Part shown: in pieces, positions 26,326 to 34,461 of the stretch
Layout of the letters: every line of letters begins with the position of its first letter
How positions within the stretch are numbered: position 1 is the first letter of the stretch
Assembly (NCBI GenBank): GCA_046598045.1
Contig: JBKJJJ010000186.1
Span: forward strand, 1 to 35,104
DNA length: 35,104 nt
Direction: 5' to 3'
DNA from: Candidatus Eiseniibacteriota bacterium
Lineage (GTDB): Bacteria; Eisenbacteria; RBG-16-71-46; DASYSL01
Translations under genes and position numbers: made by a program
Notes under the pieces: model-generated
Seen by the model: only the letters and a program-made list of their open reading frames with translations
Told to the model about the DNA's origin: nothing
Database searches by the model: none

Positions 26326-26489
26326 CCGCGATCAACCTTGCCGACAAGTTCGTGATCGTGCCGCGCGGCGTCGAGCATCGCCCGGTCGCCGAAAGCGAAT
26401 GCTGGGTGCTGCTGTTCGAGCCCGAGTCGACGCTCAACACCGGGGACGCACCCGGCGAGCGCACCGTGGAGAATCCGGCGTGGCTGTGA
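26322..26489 (+). pseudogene. Cupin-domain gene remnant with an in-frame internal deletion (55 aa)
   Basis: MTAINLADKF joins directly to VIVPRGVEHRPVAE..VLLFEP..TLNTG; cupin motif 1 and the intervening region are absent. Confidence 0.7.
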
Positions 26490-27070
26490 CCGCACTCGAT
26501 CCCATGCTCGAGGGCTCGATCACCCGCTACGATGCCGCGCGCGCAGCCGCCCAGGCCGTGCTCGCGGGCCTCGACGACGAGGTGGCGCACCGCGCACCTC
26601 CCGGCGGCGGCTGGACGGTGGCGCAGTGCCTCGATCACCTGCTGGTGATCGGCTCCCGCATGGGCGTGCGCCTCGAGGAGTCGATCGCGCGTGCCATTGC
26701 GGAGCAACGGTTCGCGAAGCCGGGGCGCCACGCGCAGATGGGATGGTTCGATGCGTTGTTCCTTCGCGCAACCGGGCCGGCGCGCAAGGAGGGCGGCCGA
26801 CCTCCGATGCCGGTCACCGCGCCCGCGGTCTTCGCCCCTGGAGCCGGGGCATCGGTCGCCGTGCTCGGCGAACAGTTCGCGGCGCTGCAGGATCGTCTCA
26901 CGGCCGCGGCGCATTCGGCCGAAGGCCTGGATCTCGAGGGGATCAAGGTTCCGTCGCTGATGTCGGACCGGATCAAGCTTCAGCTCGGCGCGTGGTTCGT
27001 CGGGATCGCCGGGCACCAGGAACGTCACCTCGCGCAGGCGCGGCGCACGCGCGCGGCGCTCGGGCTGTGA
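26486..27070 (+). CDS. DinB-family protein
   Basis: GTG 26486 in a GTGA overlap. PPGGGWTVAQCLDHL and C-terminal HQERHLAQA His triad. Confidence 0.85.
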   Translation: MTALDPMLEGSITRYDAARAAAQAVLAGLDDEVAHRAPPGGGWTVAQCLDHLLVIGSRMGVRLEESIARAIAEQRFAKPGRHAQMGWFDALFLRATGPARKEGGRPPMPVTAPAVFAPGAGASVAVLGEQFAALQDRLTAAAHSAEGLDLEGIKVPSLMSDRIKLQLGAWFVGIAGHQERHLAQARRTRAALGL

Positions 27071-27072
27071 CC

Positions 27073-27360
27073 ATGCGCTGGCAGCAGGTCAACCGCGTGA
27101 GCAACCGGGTCATGCTCCTCCTGTCGTTCTTCGCACTCGTCCTCGTTCTGATCGGCTCCACCCAGCGGCCGCAGCCGGACGAAGGAACGTTGGCCCACCT
27201 CTTCCAGTTGGCCATCGTCGCGTTGTTCCCGGTGACCGCGGCCTACCTCGTCACCGCGGATTGGAGTCGGCCGATGCGGAGCGCTCGCCCGGTGGCGATC
27301 GCGGGCGCGGCGCTCGGGCTTGCGTTCGGCGTGCTGTACTGGTTCGAACACGCCCAATAG
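27073..27360 (+). CDS. Small three-TM hypothetical membrane protein
   Basis: MRWQQVNRVS..., three hydrophobic segments, DEGT.AHLFQL and ADWSRP motifs; an alternative GTG start lies at 27067. Confidence 0.7.
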   Translation: MRWQQVNRVSNRVMLLLSFFALVLVLIGSTQRPQPDEGTLAHLFQLAIVALFPVTAAYLVTADWSRPMRSARPVAIAGAALGLAFGVLYWFEHAQ

Positions 27361-27415
27361 TCGGAGGGAGTCCCCATGGCGAGCGGAGCATTGCCCCTGT
27401 TGTCCGCGAGAGTGC

Positions 27416-27446
27416 GTACAAAACGTACGCTTGGTACGTTTGGTAC
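27416..27446. promoter_or_regulatory. Candidate operator: four GTAC at 9-bp period forming a 13-bp inverted repeat
   Basis: GTACAAAACGTAC-GCTTG-GTACGTTTGGTAC, one mismatch, AT-rich in a GC-rich background, ending immediately before ATG 27447. Confidence 0.5.
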
Positions 27447-28043
27447 ATGACCCCGCGCGACCATGCCCCCGACCCCGGCTCCCCCGACCCCGGCTCCCCC
27501 GACCTGGGTGAGCACGTGCTCGTCCTGGCCCGCGCGGAGTTCGCCAAGCTGAAGGCGCTCGCCGAGAAGGCGCTCGCGCAAGTCGACGACGCGGCGTTCT
27601 TCGCGCTGCCCGAGCCGAGCGGCGAAACCAACAGCATGGCGCTCGTGGTCAAGCACATGGCCGGCAACGCGCGCTCGCGCTGGCGCGACTTCCTCGCCTC
27701 CGACGGCGAGAAGCCGGACCGCGACCGCGACCGGGAGTTCGAGCTCGCGCCTGACGACACGCGCGAGGGGCTGATGGCCGCGTGGGCCGAGGGCTGGGCG
27801 ATGCTCGACCTCGCGCTCGCGCCGCTCGGGCCCGAGGACCTGATGCGCACGGCGACGATTCGTGGCGAGCCGCACACCGTGCTCCAGTTGATCGACCGCC
27901 AGCTCACGCACTACGGCTACCACGTCGGGCAGATCGTCCTGCTCGCGCGGCTCGCGAAAGGCGGCGGGTGGTCTTCGCTCAGCGTTCCGCGCGGTCAATC
28001 CGCCGCGTTCAACGCGAAGATGAGGGAATCGTTCCGGGGCTAA
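27447..28043 (+). CDS. DUF1572/DinB-like protein
   Basis: NSMALVVKHMAGNARSRWRDFL.SDGEKPDR.RD.EF, IRGEPHTV, RQL.HY.YHVGQIV, SLSVPRG.S; start uncertain. Confidence 0.85.
   Translation: MTPRDHAPDPGSPDPGSPDLGEHVLVLARAEFAKLKALAEKALAQVDDAAFFALPEPSGETNSMALVVKHMAGNARSRWRDFLASDGEKPDRDRDREFELAPDDTREGLMAAWAEGWAMLDLALAPLGPEDLMRTATIRGEPHTVLQLIDRQLTHYGYHVGQIVLLARLAKGGGWSSLSVPRGQSAAFNAKMRESFRG
27466..27504 (+). repeat. 15-bp tandem repeat (2.6 copies), encodes PDPGS-PDPGS-PD
   Basis: CCCCCGACCCCGGCT x2 plus CCCCCGACC. Confidence 0.8.
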
Positions 28044-29881
28044 CCCACCGTGTGAATGAGGATCTCGTCGCCCGGCAGGAGCCGGTGCAGGCCCTTCAAG
28101 ACCGAGCCGCGCAGCATGTGCACGAGCTGGGAGCGCTGCGAGACGCCGACCATCACGGCGTTGACGCGCAGGCGCCGCGCGGCGTCCGCGATCGAGAGCG
28201 ACGCATTGTGCGACAGCCGCCAGATCGGGATCGGCGTCAGTCCCGCCGCGCGGATGCGGTCGGCCGCATCGTCGAACGCCGCGAGCAGCTCGCTCTCCGG
28301 CTGGAGCTGTTCCCCGGAGAACAGGCCGGGCCACTCGGTCACGCCCAGCACGAAGATCGCCGCGTCGCCGTTGCCGCGGGCGCGCAGGATCGCCTCGTCG
28401 ATCAGGCGCGGGTTGCTGTCGCGCAGTGCGACCAGCGTGCGTGAGGGCTCGATCAGCGCGGCCTCGATCGCGGTCTCGATCGAGACGATCTCCCGGCTGC
28501 GGCGCTCCACGATGTCCTCGGCGCGCAGGCGCTGGCGCGCGGCCTCGGTCGCGACCCAGGGCAGCTGGTTCAGGCCGCGCACCGCCCAGTCCTTGCGGAT
28601 GCCGACCGCGATCAGCACGCCGATCGCGACCACGCCGCCGCCGAACATCGTGGCCTCGTGCTTGTTGATGATGTTGACCACCCACGCCAGCGTGACCATC
28701 GCGGTCGTGAGCACACCCACCCAGAACTTGAAGCCGCGCTGGTGCTCGCGCCAGCGGATGACGTCGAGGCCGAGCGACGTGAACGTGAACGCGCCCAGCA
28801 GGCCGAACGAGTACAGGTGGCCGAGCGTCTCGAGGTGGCCGTTCGTGACGTGCACGATCAGGAACGTGACCGCGGTGAAGAAGATGATGCCGATGTGGGG
28901 CGTGCCGAACACGCGGTTGCGGCGCGCGAGGATCTTCGGCAGGTAGTCGCCGCGCGCGAGCGCGAGGAACACGTGATAGCCGCCGATGAGCGCGGTGTTG
29001 GCGGCGAACAACAGCAGCGCCGACGCCGAGATCACGACCGACCACGCCAGCCAGGGGCCGCCGAACGAGCGGCCGAGCTCGGAGACGAACGCGTCGCTGT
29101 GCGTCTGCTTGACCGATTCGGTCAGGCCGGCGGTCGCCATCACGGTGAGCAACGGCGAGGTGATCGCGACCGTGATCACGACCAGCAGCATCGCGTAGCC
29201 GGCGGTGCGCTTGATCGGCAGCTTCATGGCAGGAGAGAGCTGGCTGATGCTCTCGAGCCCCGAGAATGCGAGCCACGCTCCCGCGAATCCGGCGAGCGCC
29301 TTCGGGATCGGCAGCCCGCGCAGGGCGCCGAACTGGTGGGCGGCGAGCGCCCACTGCTCGTGCGACATGTGGGTCGCGACGATGAAAATCACGACGATGT
29401 TCGTGATCAGCGACGCGATCGCCATGTAGAGCGCAAACGTCGCGCTTTCCTTGATGCCGATGATGTTGATGCCGCCGAGCAGGACGAGCCCGAGGCCGGC
29501 CATGAGCTCGATGTGGTTCTGGAAGAACGGGAGGACGGACCCGATGTACTGGAACGCGCTCACCGAGGAGATCGCCGACGTGAGGAAGTAGTCGACGATG
29601 ATCAGCATGCCGCCGATCGCGCCCATGAACGGACTGAACGCCTTGGTGGCGACAGTGACCACGCCGCCGCCCTCGGGGTTCCGCCAGGAGACCTCGATGT
29701 ACTTGAGGGCCAGCAGCACGAAGCCGATGGTGGTGAGCGCGACGAACGCGGGCGCGAGGTTGCCGACCTCGCCGTAGAGGATCCCCGGCACGTAATAGAC
29801 GCTCGTGCCGATGTCGCAGAACACGACCGCCCAGGCGAGCAGCCACCCGAGCTGGCGAAGATCGTGCTCGCCGGACTTCAT
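28040..29881 (-). CDS. APC-superfamily permease with a C-terminal universal-stress-protein-like domain
   Basis: Start reassigned to ATG 29881 (SD GGAGG). DIGTSVYY, PEGGGV, DYFLTSAIS, AFSGLESI, FGTPH, LYSFG; C-terminal USP-like AVMVGVSQRS..LRGSV. Confidence 0.85.
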   Translation of the reverse strand: MKSGEHDLRQLGWLLAWAVVFCDIGTSVYYVPGILYGEVGNLAPAFVALTTIGFVLLALKYIEVSWRNPEGGGVVTVATKAFSPFMGAIGGMLIIVDYFLTSAISSVSAFQYIGSVLPFFQNHIELMAGLGLVLLGGINIIGIKESATFALYMAIASLITNIVVIFIVATHMSHEQWALAAHQFGALRGLPIPKALAGFAGAWLAFSGLESISQLSPAMKLPIKRTAGYAMLLVVITVAITSPLLTVMATAGLTESVKQTHSDAFVSELGRSFGGPWLAWSVVISASALLLFAANTALIGGYHVFLALARGDYLPKILARRNRVFGTPHIGIIFFTAVTFLIVHVTNGHLETLGHLYSFGLLGAFTFTSLGLDVIRWREHQRGFKFWVGVLTTAMVTLAWVVNIINKHEATMFGGGVVAIGVLIAVGIRKDWAVRGLNQLPWVATEAARQRLRAEDIVERRSREIVSIETAIEAALIEPSRTLVALRDSNPRLIDEAILRARGNGDAAIFVLGVTEWPGLFSGEQLQPESELLAAFDDAADRIRAAGLTPIPIWRLSHNASLSIADAARRLRVNAVMVGVSQRSQLVHMLRGSVLKGLHRLLPGDEILIHTVG

Positions 29882-30179
29882 TGTGCCCAAGAACCCCTCC
29901 GACTGTGGCGGAGCGCGCGCCGAAGGGGCGGGAGGGCTCCGCGAGGCGCCGGGGGAGGCTGGAACGCGCCCGGCGAGCGAATCCGCGCGGCAGCATAGCA
30001 CAGCCGCCCCGGGCCGGAGGGGGGCCCATCCGGGGCGCCCCGGGGCGCGTACATGGGGTGGGGGCGTAGAGTTCACCGGCTTGCGGAACCGGCCACGCAG
30101 CCGTTAGATTGTGCGGACTGCGCGGGTTGCACGATGCGGCCCGCCGGAACCCTTCCCTCAAGGCTTCTCCGAGGACCGC

Positions 30180-30803
30180 TTGACGCTGCCTACCGCCCGC
30201 CAGTTGGCCACCGAGGCCAACGCCTTCGATGCCGAGCTCATGGGACGGGTCCGCGCCCGCGACGCCAACGCGTTGCGCGTGCTGTTCGACCGTCACTCGA
30301 GCCTGGTCTACGGACTGGGGCTGAAGATCCTCAGGGACGCCACCGAGGCCGAGGACCTGGCCCAGGACGTGTTCCTGCACCTGTGGCGGCGCGCGGAGCT
30401 GTTCGACGGCAACCGCGGCGCGTTTCTCGGCTGGCTGGTGTCGCTCACGCGCAACCGCGCGATCGACCGCATCCGGGCGAAGCGTTCGCAGGAGAAGAAG
30501 ACCGACGCCTACGAGGTCGAACGCCAGGCCGAGCTGACGCCGAAGGCGATGGACCCGAACGAGACCGCCTACGCCGGCGAGCTGCGCGGCGCGGTGGCAA
30601 AGGCCCTGGGCACGTTGCCTGAGGCGCAGAGGACGGCGCTCGAACTGGCGTACTTCGGCGGCTTCAGCCACAGCGAGATTGCCGAGAAGCTGGAGACGCC
30701 GTTGGGAACGATCAAGGCCCGCATCCGGCAGGGTATGTTGCGGATGCGCGATCTGTTGGGCGACTTCGCCGCCGCGACGCTGGTGGCGGACACGGAGGAG
30801 TAG
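30180..30803 (+). CDS. ECF sigma factor (SigK-like)
   Basis: AEDLAQDVFLHLW, WL..LTRNRAIDRIR, LPEAQR.ALELAYFGG.SHSEIA..L.TPLGTIKARIR; start uncertain (TTG 30180 after GAGGA, or GTG 30111). Confidence 0.92.
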   Translation: MTLPTARQLATEANAFDAELMGRVRARDANALRVLFDRHSSLVYGLGLKILRDATEAEDLAQDVFLHLWRRAELFDGNRGAFLGWLVSLTRNRAIDRIRAKRSQEKKTDAYEVERQAELTPKAMDPNETAYAGELRGAVAKALGTLPEAQRTALELAYFGGFSHSEIAEKLETPLGTIKARIRQGMLRMRDLLGDFAAATLVADTEE

Positions 30804-30804
30804 G

Positions 30805-31704
30805 GTGGAAGAGGACCGCTTCATCGAACTCGCGCCCGATTACGCGCTCGGACTCCTCGAGGGAGAAGACCTCGGGCAGTTCGAGCGCCACCTCGCTTCG
30901 GGCTGTGAGGCATGCGAACTCGAACTCGGCCGGATGGACGCGGTCGGGGACGCGCTCGCATACGCGGTTCCGCTGGTCCCCGCCCCCGAGGCGCTGCGCA
31001 CCCGCGTGCTCGCGGCGGTCGATGCCGACCTCGCCGGCGGCAAGGTTCGCCTCGAGGCGCCCGCTGCGGCCGCGGCCCCGGCGCGCCCCGTGCCTGCGCT
31101 GGTGGAGCAGCCGAAGCCCACGTACTCGCCGAACCCGTGGCCGCCCGCGCGCCCGGACGTCACATCCGCCGCGCCGAAGGGTCCCGGGTTCTGGGGCCGG
31201 CTCGCGCCCGCGCTCGCGTTCGCCGGAGTGCTCGCCGCCGCGCTGTCGGGCACCTATGCGTACAAACTTCGCCAGCAGCTCGCGTTCGTACGCGCCGACC
31301 TCGAGCGCGTGCAGGCCGAGAACCAGGAGTTCGCGCGCGTCATGGATGTCGTGGGGGCGCCGCGCCTCAAGGTGATTGCGCTTGGCGGGCAGCCGACGTC
31401 GCCCACGAGCCAGGGCCACGTCCTCTGGTCGCCCGATTCGAAGAAGGCCGTGTTCTACGCCTCCGGCCTGCCGAAGCCTCCGGCCGGCAAGGACTACCAG
31501 CTGTGGGTGATCGAGGCCGGGGCGCCGAAGAGCGAGGGCGTATTCCCCGTCGACGAGCGCGGCCAGGCCACGCACGTGCTGCCCGACGTGCCCGATCCGG
31601 CCGGCGTGGGCGCGTTCGCCGTCACGCTCGAGCCCGCCGGCGGCCTGGCGCAGCCCAGCGGCCAGATGTACCTGCTCGGCGCGGTGACCGAAAAGGTCAA
31701 CTGA
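30805..31704 (+). CDS. Anti-sigma factor (RskA-like) with a zinc-binding N-terminus
   Basis: GTG 30805. YALGLL...FERHLASGCEAC, one TM, coiled coil, KDYQLW, FAVTLEPAGG..QPSG. Confidence 0.9.
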   Translation: MEEDRFIELAPDYALGLLEGEDLGQFERHLASGCEACELELGRMDAVGDALAYAVPLVPAPEALRTRVLAAVDADLAGGKVRLEAPAAAAAPARPVPALVEQPKPTYSPNPWPPARPDVTSAAPKGPGFWGRLAPALAFAGVLAAALSGTYAYKLRQQLAFVRADLERVQAENQEFARVMDVVGAPRLKVIALGGQPTSPTSQGHVLWSPDSKKAVFYASGLPKPPAGKDYQLWVIEAGAPKSEGVFPVDERGQATHVLPDVPDPAGVGAFAVTLEPAGGLAQPSGQMYLLGAVTEKVN

Positions 31705-31708
31705 GCCG

Positions 31709-32215
31709 ATGCAAGAGACCGCGCGCCGCGGCGCGTACGAGATCTCGTCCGACCGCGCACGCCTCGACCTCACCGCCATTCACCATTACCTCGCGGAATC
31801 GTCGTACTGGGCGCAGGGCATCCCGCTCGCGACGCTGCGGCGCGCGGTGCAGAACTCGCTGCCATTCGGCGTCTATCACGAGGCCGCGCAGGTGGGCTTC
31901 GCGCGCGTGGTCACCGACTACGCGGCGTTCGCCTACGTCGCCGACGTCTACGTGCTCGAGGCGCACCGCGGGCAGGGGCTGTCGAAGTGGCTGATGGAAG
32001 TGATCGCGGAAGACCCGCGCCTCGGCGGCTTCCGGCGCTGGATGCTCGCCACGCGCGACGCGCACGGGCTCTACGCGCACACGGGCTTCGTGCCGCTCGG
32101 CATGCCCGAGCGCTGGATGGAGCGCCGCCCGGTGGCCGGCTACGTGCCGGGGGCCCCCGATCCGCTCGCCGACCCTCCGCAGACGGGGCTCTCGAGCCGA
32201 CCGGCCCCGGCCTAG
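31709..32215 (+). CDS. GNAT acetyltransferase
   Basis: SYWAQGI, QVGFARVVTD, DVYVLE.HRGQGLSK, LATRDAHGLY..GF. Confidence 0.9.
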   Translation: MQETARRGAYEISSDRARLDLTAIHHYLAESSYWAQGIPLATLRRAVQNSLPFGVYHEAAQVGFARVVTDYAAFAYVADVYVLEAHRGQGLSKWLMEVIAEDPRLGGFRRWMLATRDAHGLYAHTGFVPLGMPERWMERRPVAGYVPGAPDPLADPPQTGLSSRPAPA

Positions 32216-33039
32216 GTCTTTCTCGCGACCGCGCGCAACCCCACAGCGCGAATCGTGCCGGCCGCGATCCCGCTTCGCTCCTCCTCGAGCAGCGCGCGGA
32301 TCCAGTCGGGATCGGGCCGGGTCGAGCGCTGCTCGAAGAACCGGTAGAGCCCCGGGCTCTCCTCGACGACCGCGGCGTCCATGCCGGGCAACGCCTGTAG
32401 GGCCGAGATCATCGCGTCGCCGGTGTGCAGCGGCGGGTCGTGCTCGAACGTGTGCCGCCAGCGCACGAGCGGGTCGGGGAACTCCTCCGGCCCCTCGTCG
32501 GTCTCCCGGCGTAGAAGACGCCCGGCCGCCACGCCCATGTCCCAGCGACGAAAGAACCATGCCGCGGTCGCCAGCTCCGCGCGGTCCCACGCGAACTCCT
32601 CGAGCACCAGCGGCGCGCCCTTGGCGAGCAGGGCGTGCGCGAACCCGAGCGCCCGCGCGAGGTCCGCGACGTGGTGAAGCGAGCGGCTGAAGAGCGCGGC
32701 GTCGAAGCCGCGCTTGACGGCGAGCGCGCCGGCGCGCGACGTACCCTCGTCGGTCACGGCGTCGAGTTCGTACACCTGGATGCGCGGATCGCGGGCGCGG
32801 ATCACGGCGGCCGCCTCGGCGTCGGGCTCGACGGCGCGGATGCGCCAGCCGCGCTCCGCCAGCGCCGCGGCGATGCGGCCCTGGCCCGCCCCCACGTCGA
32901 GCATCCATGGTCCCGCGCCGTCCGCCCGCAGCGCAGGCTCGCCGACCGCGCCCTCGAAGAAAGCGATCGCCTCGCCCGTCGACACCGCCCAGTCGTGATC
33001 GGGCTTCACAGCGGCGGGCTTGTGCTTGTGCCGGCTCAT
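32212..33039 (-). CDS. Class I SAM-dependent methyltransferase
   Basis: Start reassigned to ATG 33039 (overlaps the HAD stop). LDVGAGQG, AVEPD, FDAALFSRSLHHV. Confidence 0.85.
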   Translation of the reverse strand: MSRHKHKPAAVKPDHDWAVSTGEAIAFFEGAVGEPALRADGAGPWMLDVGAGQGRIAAALAERGWRIRAVEPDAEAAAVIRARDPRIQVYELDAVTDEGTSRAGALAVKRGFDAALFSRSLHHVADLARALGFAHALLAKGAPLVLEEFAWDRAELATAAWFFRRWDMGVAAGRLLRRETDEGPEEFPDPLVRWRHTFEHDPPLHTGDAMISALQALPGMDAAVVEESPGLYRFFEQRSTRPDPDWIRALLEEERSGIAAGTIRAVGLRAVARKT

Positions 33040-33806
33040 GGTTGCTCCCCCAGGATGCGATCGACCGCCCCGCTCATCGTGTGCGCGCGCGCGATGCCGT
33101 GCCGCTCGAGATTGCGGTACAGGTCGTGCGGATCGAGCAGCAGCGCCGAGAGGCCCGCGCGCGCGGCGCCGATCGCATCGGCGTCGGGGTCGTCGCCGAC
33201 GTGCCACGCGTCCGTCGCCTCGACGCCGAGTTCGCGCAGGGCGTACTCGAAGATGCGGCGGTCGGGCTTCGCATACCCGAATCCCGTTGATGCGATGACC
33301 GCGCGGAAGAAGCGCCGGAGCCCCTTGCGCTCGAGGATCGAGTCCAGCGTGTCGTCCCAGTTCGAGATGACGCCGAGCGCGATGCCGCGGGCCGCGAGCC
33401 GGGTGAGCGAGGCGGGGACGTCGGCGATCACGTGCAGCGCGTCGCCGCCGAAGTGGCTCCCCGTCACGGTGGCGAGGAAACGCTCGAGCGCGCCGCCCGA
33501 GAGCCCGAGCGCACGGCCGATCGCGCGATAGCGGTCGACCCACCATTCGACGTTGCCGCGCACCTCGTGGAACGGCGGCTGGCGCGTGGGCATGGTCGCG
33601 CCCGATTGGGCGACGGCGGCGCGGACGTCGGCGATCGAGCGCGCCGGGTCGATCGGCACGAGCGCGGTGAAGATCGCCGAGTCGAGCATGGCGCTGGTGT
33701 CGAGCAACGTGTCGCCCACGTCGAAGAACACGGCGCGGGGCAGGGGGGTGGGCGCGTTCACGGGGCGATGGACCTCGCGTGGCTGGACGTGGATGCTGCC
33801 CGACAT
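33036..33806 (-). CDS. HAD-superfamily hydrolase (subfamily IA)
   Basis: FFDVGDTL, GVISNWD, KPD..IF, HVGDD...D..GA..AG; the true start may be slightly downstream. Confidence 0.88.
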   Translation of the reverse strand: MSGSIHVQPREVHRPVNAPTPLPRAVFFDVGDTLLDTSAMLDSAIFTALVPIDPARSIADVRAAVAQSGATMPTRQPPFHEVRGNVEWWVDRYRAIGRALGLSGGALERFLATVTGSHFGGDALHVIADVPASLTRLAARGIALGVISNWDDTLDSILERKGLRRFFRAVIASTGFGYAKPDRRIFEYALRELGVEATDAWHVGDDPDADAIGAARAGLSALLLDPHDLYRNLERHGIARAHTMSGAVDRILGEQP

Positions 33807-33879
33807 GCCCGTGGCAGGCTCCGAATCCCTCCCGGTCCTGTGCTAATCTGCGGCGAACACGGTCCGGGGAGGAGCCTCG

Positions 33880-34461
33880 ATGGTGCCAGATCTCGACGCT
33901 GCAGCCAAACACCTCGCCGAGGCATTGCGCGCGCTCGGGGTCGAGCCGGCCGGCCCGAACCTGGCCGACACGCCCGCGCGCGTCGCCGAGCTCTGGGCCG
34001 ACCTGTTCGGCGGACTCGACCCGGCGCAGGCCTACGAACTGGCCCCGTTCCCCAATCCCGATCCCGGCGACACGCTCGTGCTCGCGGCCGGGCTCCCGTT
34101 CCACGCCATGTGCGCGCACCACCTGCTGCCGTTCTTCGGGCGCGCGCACGTCGCGTTCCTGCCGGGGGACAAGCTCGTCGGCTTCGGCGCGATCGCGCGC
34201 GTGGTCGACGGCGCCGCGCGCAAGCCCACGCTCCAGGAGCAGCTCGCGACCGACATCGCCGACGCGCTCGAGCACGCGCTCGCGCCGCGCGGCGTCGCGG
34301 TGCTGATCGAGGGCCGGCACCTGTGCATGGAGATGCGCGGGGCCCGGCGGCGCGCGCGCATGGAGACCACGATCTGGCGGGGCGCGTTCGCGAGCGACGA
34401 GGGCCGCCGTATCGAGTTCCTCACGCGCGTCGTTGCCCCGCGCCGCCGGGGCACGCGATGA
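33880..34461 (+). CDS. folE: GTP cyclohydrolase I (divergent)
   Basis: DTPARVA, MCAHHLLPFFG, LQEQL, HLCMEMRG; TGCTAATCT extended -10 at 33841-33849 and SD GGAGGAG. Confidence 0.85.
   Translation: MVPDLDAAAKHLAEALRALGVEPAGPNLADTPARVAELWADLFGGLDPAQAYELAPFPNPDPGDTLVLAAGLPFHAMCAHHLLPFFGRAHVAFLPGDKLVGFGAIARVVDGAARKPTLQEQLATDIADALEHALAPRGVAVLIEGRHLCMEMRGARRRARMETTIWRGAFASDEGRRIEFLTRVVAPRRRGTR

Noticed and set aside
29882..30110. c-di-AMP (ydaO) riboswitch upstream of the KimA-like APC transporter
   Set aside because: Conserved ydaO elements (GCUGAA, GGGGAA.C) were not found on the coding strand
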